Below, one piece after another: positions 45,131-57,184 of a stretch of DNA of 64,000 nucleotides; position 1 is the first letter of the stretch, and each line of letters starts with the position of its first letter. This DNA comes from Schizochytrium sp. TIO01 (taxonomy: Eukaryota; Protista; Bigyra: Labyrinthulomycetes). The position numbers and the translations under genes were made by a program. The stretch is from positions 7,918,761 through 7,982,760 of the forward strand of contig SMSO01000031.1 of assembly GCA_004764695.1 (NCBI GenBank), given 5' to 3'. The notes under the pieces were generated by a model. That model did not search any database. It was not told the DNA's origin and saw only the letters and a list, made by a program, of their open reading frames with translations.

Positions 45131-48100
45131 TTACTCTGTGTTGAGTTCTTGCTCGAGGTTTTTCAGAAACTCTTCTTCATCTTCATCTTCTTCCGCAGTC
45201 TTCGCACCATCCTTTGCAGTGTCCTCGACACCTTCATCGTCCTCGCAAAGTTCCTCACGTAAGGCCGATTCTAGCTCAATAGAAGACCCACGTTTCGAGA
45301 TAGCACTAGGCGGGCTTCGAAGACCTTTAGATTGAGAAGTGGTTCCAGCATCCGCACCGGCATCGTCGACAGCGGATCCTGGCTCCTGAGCAATTTCAGA
45401 GACATCGTCGATAGCTTCTGCGCGTGCTATAACAACATCCTCATCTTCCTCCTGCAAAGCTGCATTCAACTCTTCCTCATCTAAATCCTCAGGTAGTTTA
45501 TTGGAGAGTGTCTCATTTTCTTTGAATGGCATGGAGTTTAAGTCAATTTGAGCGTTACTAGCATCGAAAAGATGAGGCGAGCCTGCCTTCAGAGATTCTT
45601 CGTCATGCGACGGCGTGTATTCAGAAGATGGTGTCAATTCTTCGATATTAATATCCTCTTTATCCCTCCCTTGAATATCTAGCAGGCCCTCTACATCCTC
45701 TTCCACATCTCCAGGTGCGACATCAGTGGCAAGCTCTGGTTCTTGCTGAAGATTGACATCATCGGTGTTAAGAACCTCGTTCTCTTGGCTGAAAGTCTTG
45801 CGCACTGGTGCTGGAGGGCTGAGAGTACCGACGCGATTCCCATCAGCATGACTAGTCTCAGACCACATAAAGCTTTCTTCTTGAAGCAGGTCACTGGTTT
45901 GAGGTGGAGGGGGAGGGGGCGGAGGCGATTGAAGAGGTGCACGAGGTTCCACTGATGATACAATGGCAGTTTCCAAATTCCTTTCTTCTTCCTCAAGTGA
46001 AAGGCAGCCCGTAGCAACCGATACAAAAGCAGGAGAGCACTTAGCAACAGCTTTTCCATCGAGCTCCACCTTGGCAATTCCAAGGTTGACAAGGCCTGAG
46101 GTGTGGAAAGCAGCAAGAAGGGAAAAGGCATGCGATTCTCCAGGAGCAAGATCTGGTAAAGTAGTTCGTGTAAATCCACGCCAAGAGACGTCTTTCGAAT
46201 TGTCGGTTTGAAAAACAGCTCCTGATACCTCCTTTGCAGAGACATTTTCGACCCGGAATCCTACGGGAAGAACCTTGCCAGCGCATGCATCGGAATGATC
46301 AAGCACAATCTTGAGAGGAAGCTGAGGGAATACAGCAAGGCTAAGTTCATCAGCATGGCCCAAAGCCCAATTGTCACCACGGTGTGAACGCCATTCAAGC
46401 ATAAGATGTAAGAGCTCACCACGACTCGCATAGCACAAAGCATCCCGGTCACATGGACGAGGCTCATCCGGGGCAGCAGTCGTAGCAGCTTCAAGTTGTG
46501 CTAATAAATCAAATTCAGGGTTCTGTGAACCCTCTTGACGCAAGCGGCGGATAGCCTGGATAGTAGTTGGTAGCTTACCTTCCGCATCCAATTTATCTTT
46601 GTAGTATTCGAAACGTTGTTTTGCAGAGGCTCGAGCCTCTATCACAGATGATGCATGTTCTGCACAGAGAAAATGAACACGACTTTCGAAAGAAGGTGCA
46701 GAAAACTCATCATCCTCCGTGAGTTGCCACTCTGGTGATGATCCAAAAGTGACTTCACTTTGCTGTAATACGCATGGTGAACTCTCTTGATGCTGCGGCT
46801 CACTTGCACGCACGACACGCACAAGGAAGGAGCGTGATTCCTTTGGTGCAAGAACAGCTGTGTCTTGGTTTTCCCCGAGAGGACTTATCGACCACTTTCC
46901 TGAAAACGAGACAATGCGATGCAAGTTTACGGCTCGCGTCGATTCATTACTGACAGAGCAACAGAGAAGGTGGTCAGACCCAGGTAAGGGTGACTCCAAG
47001 CACCGTGCTGTCATTCTTATGCTTGGAAGTACTTCAACAAAGTGAGACAATCGGACATACCGCAGCGTAATGCCATCATGGTAACGAAGTAAAAGACGCA
47101 ACGATACTCTGCCAGCGCGAGGCATACGAATGACCACGGGTACAGACATGGGAAGTCCAGTGCCTAAATCTTCAATAGGAATCTCGAAGGCTCTACCACC
47201 ATCATCAACAACAGGGGCAAGGCGGTCTCCAACTACTTGATCGCCTTCTTCATTTGCCAAGCTGCCAACACAGAGCGTTGGCGCATTTGTACCAACAACA
47301 ATGTGGCCCACACATGGAGAGGCACCGAGGTTAATGAGCTCCAGGTTAGTTGACATCGTTTCGCCTTCATAAACCTGTTCAGGCAATTCAAGTTCAGCAC
47401 CAAGCCAAGCTGCAGATGGCAAGACAGTCTTGATAAGGCGCAGATCTTGTTCCCGTGCACCTGCTACACGATCCTCTTTGGTATCTGTGAGGCGGGGGCC
47501 ACGAATCTCGAACATATGCTTGACCAGTGCTTTGCCAAATAATCTCCACTGCACACCGATAATTGTAAGCGTACCAGGCTGCTTCGGGAGGACGTGTAGA
47601 CGAACCATTCGCTCGGAAGTTTCGTCAAGGACAAGTTTTTCCACTACATTGAACTCTATTGCTTGTGGCTCCAAGATCTTTCCTTGGTCATCTACAAGTT
47701 GAGCCATAAGTTGCACGTGGCTAATAGGCAACTTTAGAGCACAAGGATTACGCAGAGGCACATCTACATATACAGGTTCCCCAACATAACACATCTGAGG
47801 TTTGCGATCAACCTTCTTACCACGACGCGAACGTTTGGGCACTGTTTCCAAGGGCTCGCCAGTGACACCTTCAGGTCGAGGGCAAGCTTTGTCAAGAAAT
47901 TTATGAAGTTTGTTCCAATCGGCCTCCTCGCGTCTCCTGACTTCGGCACGTGTGCGCTTTCGTGCTTCTCGGCCCTGGGCCTGCGCACTTTCTGTGGCTC
48001 CAGTGGTAATGTTGTCTTCGACAGGAATGGTTGTCCAGTCGTGTTCTAAAGAAGTTATTGGAGGTAAGATCGATGCATTCAGTGCACGATGAACGCCAAC

Positions 48101-50146
48101 CCGTGCATCATCAATTAAGGGCAGCGAAAAAGGCCAACTTGCATCCTGATCAAAGTTTTCACTTGTATTCATCCGATGTTCCATATCATCCATGATTGTG
48201 GCCTGCTTGGCTTGTGGCTCGTCGCCACGAGCGAGAACCTCAGCCCAGAACGGGAGAGCATGCTCAAGGTCCCCAAGAGCAGCTGCGTGGTCCGCCATAG
48301 TTGAGGCCAAATGATCTTTAATGTGTGACCAACGAGAGTTCTGGTAAAGGTTGCGTACAGTCGCGAGGCAGCGAAGAGCATGCACAACTTGACGATCACG
48401 CTTGTACAAAAGTCCGGCCATGACCATGTGAAATCCGAATTTCCGGAGACGGCGGCTCAATGTCATGGGGTTACCTTCTGACGAGGTGATAGGTCGCTGA
48501 CCATTTAACAACATGTTGTAGTTCCAGTTCCCCGGCGAGGCGAGTTCCTGGAAGACAAGAAACGTGCCTGTCTGCTCTAACAGAACAGCCGCACAAAGTG
48601 GGGTTTCCTCCAATGAAGCTCGCGCCAAAAGTTCTGTAGCTTCCCGATAGAGACGTGCGTTGCCACCGTATGCCAGCACTACATCAATAAAGAGCATGGT
48701 GGCTTTGGTCATGAACCTTGCTGCGATGCTAGCTAGAGCACCACGCTCCTGCTTTGCACCGGCCGCTTTTGAAGCGTTAAGAGCTTCTTTGTAGCAAGTC
48801 AGAGCCCTTCGCACGTAGTCCAAGGTGTCCCTTTCAGGGGCCTGGCGCATAAAATTACAAATAGCCATCATCTCCAGTGCTGATCCTTGGTGCAGGGCTT
48901 CCCTATCAGACGCAAAGTCATCCCTCGCAATTCTGTACATACTAAGTGCCAGTTCATAGTCCTGCACCATGAATGCTAAATCTGCCAGTAGTCGAATATT
49001 ACTCTCAATTGAATCATGAAGGTATCTTACTCTGCGTGTTGAATTTGTCAGGTGAGCCGTCGCACTACTTGAATCATTACCATCTTTGGGTTTCCTCCAG
49101 AAGCTTCTGAACGTATTCCTCAATCCCTTTCTCTGTGCGGTGACCCGTGCATCAAGCTCAAACAATTTCACCTCTAGTGCCGTTAGCACTCCTGAGACCA
49201 CGAGTCCATTTGCAAATCTTTTTAGCGTATTGATATCCTTCTCTGTGAGCTTCGCTCCCCATTGTGTATCCGCTTCTTGTACCTGCTGTTGTTGGTTCTC
49301 TTGGTTCTGTTGTAACTTTTGCTGATTTTCTCCGTTCGGGTTCTGCTTTGTCAGCGATCTTGCCATGAACGGTGCCCAGAGATCCGCTTTCGAGGGTTCT
49401 TCTAAAGACCTCGAGTTCTCTAGTGAAACGAAGAAGAAAGAGTTCGGGGGCAGGCTAGCCCTCAGTCGGTCCGCAACGGCTTGGGCGTCAAGGTTTCTGA
49501 GGTTTTCGTCTGCCTGGTCATGGAGCAGCACGTAGTACTTTGGCATACCAGGATCGTACTGGCCAGTCTGAAAGACCTGGGGTAACATGTGTGGGTTGAC
49601 GAGCTGCTCGAAGCAACCTCGAGGATCCTCATCAGCAGTGCTCGCAACGATCATACAAGCGATGGGACATCCAAACATTTCCGACTCGTGATGGCGGAAG
49701 GTCCTTGTGAGCGTATGGCGGCAGGCATCATACCAAGGCTGCCGGAAGGATCCCCGAATAAAACGAGCAAGGTCATCACTGTCCTCGGGCCCTGAACGAA
49801 GTGCTGCATCAAGGCCGCCGGCTGGAGATTGGGCCAAGACGACCTCATGGAGCAAGTCTTCTGCGGCGCGTGGACCGATAGGCTCAAGGTCCGCTGCAGC
49901 GACAAACCCTACACGAAAGTCTCTGAGTCCGTAAGATCGCGTCGGGGTGCGAAAGGGTACCTGGCCGTCCTGAACGCCGAAAGGAGCAAGGAGATCCGCA
50001 AAGCCCATGGAAGAGCTCCGCCGAGAGGCCAAATCTGCCTTCTCAGTGCTCATGACAAGCACCTGCGGTGCATGGGCGCGGTGAAGGGCGCGGTGAAGAC
50101 CACCAACGCCTTGCACAGAACCCTCACCGCCGCCAGAGACCGACAT
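45131..50146 (-). CDS. TRAPPC8: TRAPP III subunit TRAPPC8/Trs85
   Basis: Probable start MSVSGGG at 50146 within the 1776-codon frame. Motifs: FADLLAPFG, PWY, HESEMFGCPIAC, IRLLADLAFMVQDYELA...DF..D, AVLLEQ, RKFGFHMVMAG, W.HI.DH, VGEPV.V.V.LRNP; acidic disordered tail. Confidence 0.92.
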   Translation of the reverse strand: MSVSGGGEGSVQGVGGLHRALHRAHAPQVLVMSTEKADLASRRSSSMGFADLLAPFGVQDGQVPFRTPTRSYGLRDFRVGFVAAADLEPIGPRAAEDLLHEVVLAQSPAGGLDAALRSGPEDSDDLARFIRGSFRQPWYDACRHTLTRTFRHHESEMFGCPIACMIVASTADEDPRGCFEQLVNPHMLPQVFQTGQYDPGMPKYYVLLHDQADENLRNLDAQAVADRLRASLPPNSFFFVSLENSRSLEEPSKADLWAPFMARSLTKQNPNGENQQKLQQNQENQQQQVQEADTQWGAKLTEKDINTLKRFANGLVVSGVLTALEVKLFELDARVTAQRKGLRNTFRSFWRKPKDGNDSSSATAHLTNSTRRVRYLHDSIESNIRLLADLAFMVQDYELALSMYRIARDDFASDREALHQGSALEMMAICNFMRQAPERDTLDYVRRALTCYKEALNASKAAGAKQERGALASIAARFMTKATMLFIDVVLAYGGNARLYREATELLARASLEETPLCAAVLLEQTGTFLVFQELASPGNWNYNMLLNGQRPITSSEGNPMTLSRRLRKFGFHMVMAGLLYKRDRQVVHALRCLATVRNLYQNSRWSHIKDHLASTMADHAAALGDLEHALPFWAEVLARGDEPQAKQATIMDDMEHRMNTSENFDQDASWPFSLPLIDDARVGVHRALNASILPPITSLEHDWTTIPVEDNITTGATESAQAQGREARKRTRAEVRRREEADWNKLHKFLDKACPRPEGVTGEPLETVPKRSRRGKKVDRKPQMCYVGEPVYVDVPLRNPCALKLPISHVQLMAQLVDDQGKILEPQAIEFNVVEKLVLDETSERMVRLHVLPKQPGTLTIIGVQWRLFGKALVKHMFEIRGPRLTDTKEDRVAGAREQDLRLIKTVLPSAAWLGAELELPEQVYEGETMSTNLELINLGASPCVGHIVVGTNAPTLCVGSLANEEGDQVVGDRLAPVVDDGGRAFEIPIEDLGTGLPMSVPVVIRMPRAGRVSLRLLLRYHDGITLRYVRLSHFVEVLPSIRMTARCLESPLPGSDHLLCCSVSNESTRAVNLHRIVSFSGKWSISPLGENQDTAVLAPKESRSFLVRVVRASEPQHQESSPCVLQQSEVTFGSSPEWQLTEDDEFSAPSFESRVHFLCAEHASSVIEARASAKQRFEYYKDKLDAEGKLPTTIQAIRRLRQEGSQNPEFDLLAQLEAATTAAPDEPRPCDRDALCYASRGELLHLMLEWRSHRGDNWALGHADELSLAVFPQLPLKIVLDHSDACAGKVLPVGFRVENVSAKEVSGAVFQTDNSKDVSWRGFTRTTLPDLAPGESHAFSLLAAFHTSGLVNLGIAKVELDGKAVAKCSPAFVSVATGCLSLEEEERNLETAIVSSVEPRAPLQSPPPPPPPPQTSDLLQEESFMWSETSHADGNRVGTLSPPAPVRKTFSQENEVLNTDDVNLQQEPELATDVAPGDVEEDVEGLLDIQGRDKEDINIEELTPSSEYTPSHDEESLKAGSPHLFDASNAQIDLNSMPFKENETLSNKLPEDLDEEELNAALQEEDEDVVIARAEAIDDVSEIAQEPGSAVDDAGADAGTTSQSKGLRSPPSAISKRGSSIELESALREELCEDDEGVEDTAKDGAKTAEEDEDEEEFLKNLEQELNTE

Positions 50147-51816
50147 CGCGCCAATCGACTCCAACGCCGCCGACGGATTGGAACAGATTGGATTTGACGT
50201 CGAATTCGTTTTCTGATAAGATAGAAACACAAACATGTGTATTATTACACTAAGTAGAGAACGAAGTACAGACATTAATAAAACGATGTTGGAGATGTTA
50301 GGCATGTCGCATGATAGTAGACATACTGTAAATAGGCTGTAGCAGTGTATGATCTCGAGAGACTGGGTCAACTCAGGTGTGCTTTGTAATTGGCGCGGCA
50401 CGATGGTAGCAACCTTGGAGAAATGCATTTTGCTTGAAGCAATCATACACTCTTCTGCCATGAGAAAGCGGGAAGAAGATTACAGAAAATGAGGAAGCCC
50501 AACGAAGGCCGTGTCTAAGGGCTCAGATTGGACTGTGCAAAACTTGCCTAATACAACGCAGCTTTCACGGTTTGCGTAAGGTGCATTCAACGGCAATTTC
50601 AATTCTTCGTGCTCGTCTAAGCTACGCAGATTTGCACGAAGCGATGCCTTACTCTAGAAGAGAAGGAGCGTAGCTTTGCCTTCATAAGCAGATATATATA
50701 TAGCAGTCTCTGGACTCACAGCAATAATCGATCCTAACATTTCTCCTGGGAGGCAGAATCTCCATTTCGCAACTTTCGCCTCAAATATCTGTGCAAACTA
50801 TCGAAGTTCTTTTGTACAGATGAATGCACACAAAACTTCATTTGCGAGCTTTACATCATGGCAAACTCGATCATCATATCCCCAAATTTCTTTGCAACTT
50901 GTATTTCGTTCTCCTACGTTTCGCTCAAATTTCAGCAAACTTACCCAATGTAACACCCATCTCCATTCTGCGCATCGACCTCTTCTTCACCCAACTTCAA
51001 TCTGCTCGAGCTTTCCATTGCGTTTTACAAAAGTCATGCACACAAGTGACCCTTGTACGGGTCCCTCCATCCGCTGATCGCAACAACTAATACCTTTGGG
51101 AAAGGGAACGCAATGCAAATTGCTCGGACCCGGAGCCTTGCTTGACCTTGGCGATTCGTGTGGCCTCACCGAAGTTAAACTCGTGGTCTCCCGTGCATCG
51201 TTGGGTATCTTGGCTCCGGCCGTTGCGTCGTTCTCAGGTTCGTTTCTGCAAAGCATTGCGTCGTATGAGCAGTCAAGAAGCCAAGAAAAAGACTTTTGGC
51301 GAAAGCGATCATTTTGTGCAATTGTTCATAAATGCAGTGCAATAAATAGAATAATGAAAGAAATAAAATTGTTTAAAATGAGAATACAGAAATTAAGCAT
51401 AAATCAGGCTAAGAGTAGTTAGGCGTCGTATAGCGCGACTCTGATGACGATAGAGCTAATAAAGAAGAAAAGAAAAGAAAAAAGGAAAGAAAAGAGGAAC
51501 AAAAGAGAGCATGGCGTTTGGGGGCAGTCCAACCAGCCAGCCAAAGCCGCGACGCTGCTGCAGGTTCTGGCGCTCGGGCTGCTCGTAAACTGGTGCTTTT
51601 CTCAGAGCAGCCTCTTCACACTCTGGTAGGCGGCCCCTCATCTTTGTGCGTTTGGGGTGTCAACTTGGGCGCTGTCTTTGGTTGTGCGGTGTTTGATAAA
51701 TTACATCGTTCGTGACCAAAGTGGTCGCGGACGCCACTTCTCGCGAGCTTGCGAGCGCTTTTTTCGAGAAATAAGACTGCAAAGGGTTAGTTCAAGCACA
51801 GTAAAGGTTTGGCACC

Positions 51817-52644
51817 ATGCAGAGCGCACTCAGAAACGCTTTGGCCCCCAGGATGACACCTGTGGTGGCGCGAATGACGGCCTCCGGAGGCGTTACCAAG
51901 GCATCATCAAGGACTTTGACCCTCAAGGTCCGCGAAACTTCATTGGTGCAGCCTATCTCAGCCTTTGCCGCAAGGTCACATGCAGGCCTGATTAGAAACA
52001 GCGTCGTTCAAAACATTGACATCATGACAAACATTCACGGTAGTGTTTGGGCGTCTACGACCTCCCGCGGATTGGCATCCAAGGCTCAGGATTTTGTGAC
52101 AGGCAAGGCAATCCAAGCTCCTAACGGTATGGTACGCTTCATCGATGAAAAGGGAGTAAACCACGGCGTGGTGCCACTGGAAAACGCTTTGGCCGCTGCC
52201 AAGAAGGCCAACATGGAACTTCTGCAGCTCAAACCCGCTAATCCAGATGCGGAAGATATCAACCAGGGAGTTCCGATTTGCAAGTGCATGGATGTCAGCA
52301 AGTACAAGTACGACCTTCAACGAAAGATGGAGCGATCCCAGCAGCAGGCTCGCGTTCATGCTAAGCAGAATACGATCAAGGAGCTCAAATTTGGCACCAA
52401 TATTGAAGAAAACGACCTTCATTTCAAAATCGACCGTGCACAGGCGTTTCTCAAGAAGGGCTACCAAGTCCGTGTCACAATTGTCTTGCGTCGGTCAGCA
52501 GTCATTGCCCCAGAGCAGCGTAAGCAACGCGCCTTTGAGATCTTACGCACTATTACTGAGCAGTTCAACGGTTTTGGCAAGGAATCTGCTCAAGAGCGTA
52601 AGATTCTTGGAGGATCAGTCCGTACAACCTTCACCCCTAATTAA
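51817..52644 (+). CDS. MTIF3: Mitochondrial translation initiation factor IF-3
   Basis: Arg/Ser/Thr-rich presequence; IF3-N (VRFIDEKG...G...AL..A...PICKCMD..KYKY) and IF3-C (KELKF..NIEENDL.FK...A..FLKKG..VRV). Confidence 0.92.
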   Translation: MQSALRNALAPRMTPVVARMTASGGVTKASSRTLTLKVRETSLVQPISAFAARSHAGLIRNSVVQNIDIMTNIHGSVWASTTSRGLASKAQDFVTGKAIQAPNGMVRFIDEKGVNHGVVPLENALAAAKKANMELLQLKPANPDAEDINQGVPICKCMDVSKYKYDLQRKMERSQQQARVHAKQNTIKELKFGTNIEENDLHFKIDRAQAFLKKGYQVRVTIVLRRSAVIAPEQRKQRAFEILRTITEQFNGFGKESAQERKILGGSVRTTFTPN

Positions 52645-53688
52645 ATTGAAGGGACCTGTTCACATAGCTCTTGCGATCCCTCAGCAGTGTAATACCACTA
52701 GTTTTTCAACCTTCAGGAGTTTATGCATGTACAGTGTGAAACTTGCATTATATGCTTTTGCTGTGGTGCATCATAACCGGTTGTTATCCCGCGTATTATG
52801 ATGATTCCCTGGCTGAGCTGAGTAAGAGCTGGAACTTCAAGCTGAGACAAAAAGAAATCTTCAGTTAAGGACTGAAAGCGAAAAAAGAAAAAAAGAAAAA
52901 AAGAAAAAAGAAAAATCGACAATTACCAATACAAACACCATCGTTGCTGCCGCCACTATTGTCGCTGCTGCTACTCATTCGTACACATTTTTTGTGCATG
53001 CACAGGATTGTTCTCGTTTTCTAGTCAGACAGAATTGCTGCAACTGAGTCAGACCAATCTTTGATGCCTTGTCCCGTCCCGTGTGCTGCTTTAAGAAAGG
53101 CGATATGTCTGGGCTGCGATCATCTTTGAGCAACGACCGCTCTTGCTCATGCATCCTTCAAAACGCAATCTGACCTTTTATTGTGCGGGTTAAGCTGCTG
53201 TCGCTGGCTGTACTGCTTCTGCTGCTTTTGCTTTTTTGGGAAAGAAATCAGAGCATGAATGTTGCCGTGTGGGAAAGCTCTGTACGCATCACATCGCACA
53301 CACTTACAATCAAATCTCCCCAAACGTAGCGTCCACCACCCCCCCACCCTCTCACTCGTTGTATAGGGAGTAAAAAATCAAGAAAAACAAATAGTCTCCA
53401 ATCGTCTGTTAGATCGTGTCCATTTTATCTAGTACATAAATTTACGATGCCACTTTTTCTCAAAAAGTGCAAAAAAGCAGGGGCGCCGCGTTCACGGTTG
53501 TCTTGTATATTGTTCTTAAAGCTACCCATCCTACTACCTGGCTGCTTGCTTATATTTGTACAAATCCTCCTCTCCGCTGTCGGTTCTACTTGTTGTTGAT
53601 TTCTTGGGCATTAGTTCACTTCGCATTTGCTGAATATTATTTGTGATAACTTGATTTCAATGTCCCAACGGGAAAAGTGGTCAATGAA

Positions 53689-55744
53689 TCAACGATGCGC
53701 ACCCCGAGACTTCGAGCGAGTCCGGCGTGGAGCAGGAGCGGCAGTATTTGTTGTATTGTGTTTTCTTTCCTGTAAAAGAGCCTCGAGAAGCTGTACACTT
53801 TGCTGGTGGTCGTCGGTAATTCGCTGTTCAAGAAGATCCAGCCTTGCAAGGGCATCTCGAAGTTGATTGTCTAGCCTGGTGTGATCAATTTTCCGGCCTA
53901 CATCCATTTCCTGCATCGCGCGTCGCAAGTGCGTAGTGTATTTCTCCTGCATAGCCTGGGCTTTTTGACTCACATACTGTTCAAGTCGTTTCATTTCAAC
54001 AGGCGAGCCTACATAACTTTCGTAGTCAGACGGGACTTCTTGAATAGTCAATGATTGTTCTTGCATTGTTTCGCCTATTTGTACAATAGCATGCTGAGTT
54101 GAATCAAGCAATGCAGTTAATCGTGGTGTCTCTCTCTGAACAGCATCAGCTATATTTTCCAACGCACGAAGGCGCCGATCAAGCTCCGGGCCAAAGGCTG
54201 CCTGAGCCTCGTGATACTTAACCTGAAGTTGGCGCTTTTCCGACTCTAGCGATGCAACCCGCCCTGCCAAAGACTCTACCAGTTTCATTAAGCGTCTCTC
54301 GCTTTCAATACGAGCTTGGATTGCGTTTTCGTCAATCCAGCGAATTTCGTCGTGGAGATTGCGAATCACATAATCGTAGCTACTGTCGGGGCCTCTTGAG
54401 GAAGTACTTGCAATTCCATCATCAAAGTATTCATCTTCGTCATATCCAACGGTTCCGTCCCCACCAAAATCGTCATCCATTCCGTTTCTGTACATGTAAT
54501 TTTGGTTGTGGCGCTCTTTACTAGTCCTATGTAAGTGTTTGTCTGCTAAAGGCATTTGATGAGATGATCCATGCGGTTGTGAATGATACGCCTCACGCGG
54601 CGATTCAGCGTAGAATTCGTCATCTACGAGGAGCCCGTCATCCATAGGCGTGCTGTTATCTAAAGAGCGATTACCCTCTTTATTTCTGTGTATGCTACGC
54701 CCAGTTGTATGTGCTCGAGGTCGACGAATTTCTTGTTCTGAGTATTCGCTCCGAGGGACAATCTTTCTCGCAGATTGAGGTCGCCTCCCTATAGCGTTCT
54801 CCCGGCAAACTCTGATGCATAGCACGACTTTTTTCTGCTAATTCCTTATTAAAGTATGTTCCTTGAGTGAGATTTGGCGAATGCAGTGGAACCGAGGATG
54901 TTGATGAGGATACTGATGTGGGTCTACGAGGGTCTCCATCACTACCTAGGCCTTGGCTCATTTCCTGGCTACTATGCGGCCGAAAAGAGTCTTGCAATGA
55001 AGGCGGTCCCTGGAATGAGGAGCTCGATGTTCCCGAAGGAGACGATAGAGGATTTGGTGCGGTGGGAGGAATCACTGCACGGCTTGAATGCGGTGAAAAT
55101 GGTTTTAATGTCGGAGATCGAATGCCTCCCATGACTTCTCGATTCACGGGAGACCTTTTAGTCGGAATATCGCGAAAGCTTGGCGAGGAATTCACAGAGT
55201 CTGGCGACCGGTACGCACTTAGCATCATATGCACGGGCGTGCCTGGTGAAGAGACCCCAACGCTTTTTCGTTTGCTGACCGGTGTGAGATAGGACTCGGA
55301 CAGCTTTTGTATCGCATGGTTACCCCCGCGAACCATGGACTCAGTGGCCTCGATGTCCGTAGAAATCTGTTCTCGCATGAGATCTAGTTGTTGTCGCAGT
55401 GTTGAAGCAGCATCGCTATCAAGCTTGAGTCCATTAAGTGCTTTATCTAAACCTGCACATGCTTGAAGGTGTTTCTGACGAAGGCGCTCAAATTCCGTAG
55501 TTCGAAGTTCTTCAACAGTAGCATCGAAGGACTCTACATTGGACATTTGCTGAGTCTGAACCGGGGATATTAGTGGTGACGATGACGTTCTTATTGGGGA
55601 CCCTTCGCGTTCTTTCCCTACTTCCTCTTCTTCCTCGTCCTCGTCTTGACCCTTGGTTTTGAAGCCGCTCCTTCTATCTTGAAAGCTTGAGGTTTCGATT
55701 CTCATAGTCTCTTCTGCAGCTTCGCGTTTAGATCTCGCAAACAT
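53689..55744 (-). CDS. Hypothetical Ser/Pro-rich coiled-coil protein split across two overlapping frames
   Basis: ORF 55744-54695 (ATG start) and ORF 54825-53689 (non-ATG start) overlap by ~130 nt and are both protein-like (coiled coils, SP-rich linker). They are best read as one gene with a +1 break near 54800. Confidence 0.65.
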
Positions 55745-57184
55745 AGCTGCTGTGCTCTTTCAAGATAAACGCAATTGTATGCTGATTTCTCGCCAAGACG
55801 AGAGGCTTTCCACCAAAGCACCGCTCCCAAGCGTAATCTCTATGTCAGTAGGGCACTGGTCCAGCAGACAAACAACTTTTTGTAGAGCTGTGAAAGGTGA
55901 GCTATTAAGAAAAAAAAAAGAGGGACTTTTAGACTCCTCGCCAGCAAAACGGTTTTGCTTGCTAATAATGTTCTACTATCCTATGTAGTAGGTGCATAGG
56001 ACCTACCTAGTCAAGAGAGTAAGAAGGATGTTTGAGTAGTACGTATGCGTCTTAGCGACTACAAGAACTTGGAATCCTCCTTGACAGCATATTATTAGCA
56101 AGAGGCGATCACTTGGCAATCACCGAAAAATTGATGCAACCCAATATCAATATGCTCGAGCTACTCTTCACAAACGTTTCTATTATTTTGGATGAGGTTT
56201 AAAGACTTGATAGGATCACTGAACAACACTGTCAATCTTTGTTCTACCTAGTCTTAACATTTTAAAAAAAAAAAATTCCGACCAAATTTTGCTTCCCCTT
56301 TAGAAACTCAAATTGGTAGATCTTCGGAAGTGAAATATTTATAGCATTTAGCATCAACCCAGAAATACAAAAACAGTCGCTCATTTTATAACAACTCCAA
56401 AAAAGCACACCAGGTCGTAAAAAGAATCACCTCATCATTATTTGCCTTAACGAAAATCGAATACAAAAGTGGTTTTGCAATGCAAAGGAAATGCAAGAAA
56501 TGAATTTTGGATAGTGATACAAGTTAAAAGTAGTACAACAGATGTAATTAATGTTGATGATGATATATTTATGAATGTATAAGCATGAATTGATAAATGG
56601 TATGGTATCGTTTAATTGAGAACGAACTCTAACTTCAATTGCGAAGACAGCTAAAGTCAGGGTTGAAAGTGGACTTTCAAAAGTTGGTACAAAGATGTGT
56701 GCGACAACAGAAACTGCAAGGAAGAATCACGTGTAAATTGATAGAAAGAAAGAGTGACTACAAACTTGTCCGCCGCGAATACAATAGTAGACCCCACGAG
56801 TGAGGAGATCGAAATGTCATCCTGAGATGAAATCAAAAATCATAGTTTAAGGAGAGGATCAAACGTACGAGATAATCCTTAGGCAGAGATCTTGCACCCT
56901 TCTCTGCTCGATAAACAGTTGACAAGAAGGCAACATAAACATGCACGAATTTAGAATAGCAACACGTCAAATGACAAAATTCATCATTGAATGTTTTCCT
57001 CTATTCGTAATTACAACACTGCATTGTTCCATGACGACTGTACTTCCTCGAGAAGAATAAAGCGCGTATTTCGCCCAAGACCTTTTACTTTGCAATTTTA
57101 TAACAAGCAAAGCAAATTTAGTCTTTGTGGTTTGGTTCCTACAAATTTTGAACTACACAGCAAAGGTAGGTAAACCACAACTAC

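Noticed and set aside
50147-50461. 105-codon N-terminal extension of the TRAPPC8 ORF
   Set aside because: It is AT-richer, lacks TRAPPC8 similarity and contains intron-like signals (GTAC...TTATCAG). It is more likely 5' UTR or intron, so the start was placed at 50146.
50820-51422. Short ORFs between TRAPPC8 and IF3
   Set aside because: They have no recognisable domain or consistent splice structure and lie in a divergent promoter interval.
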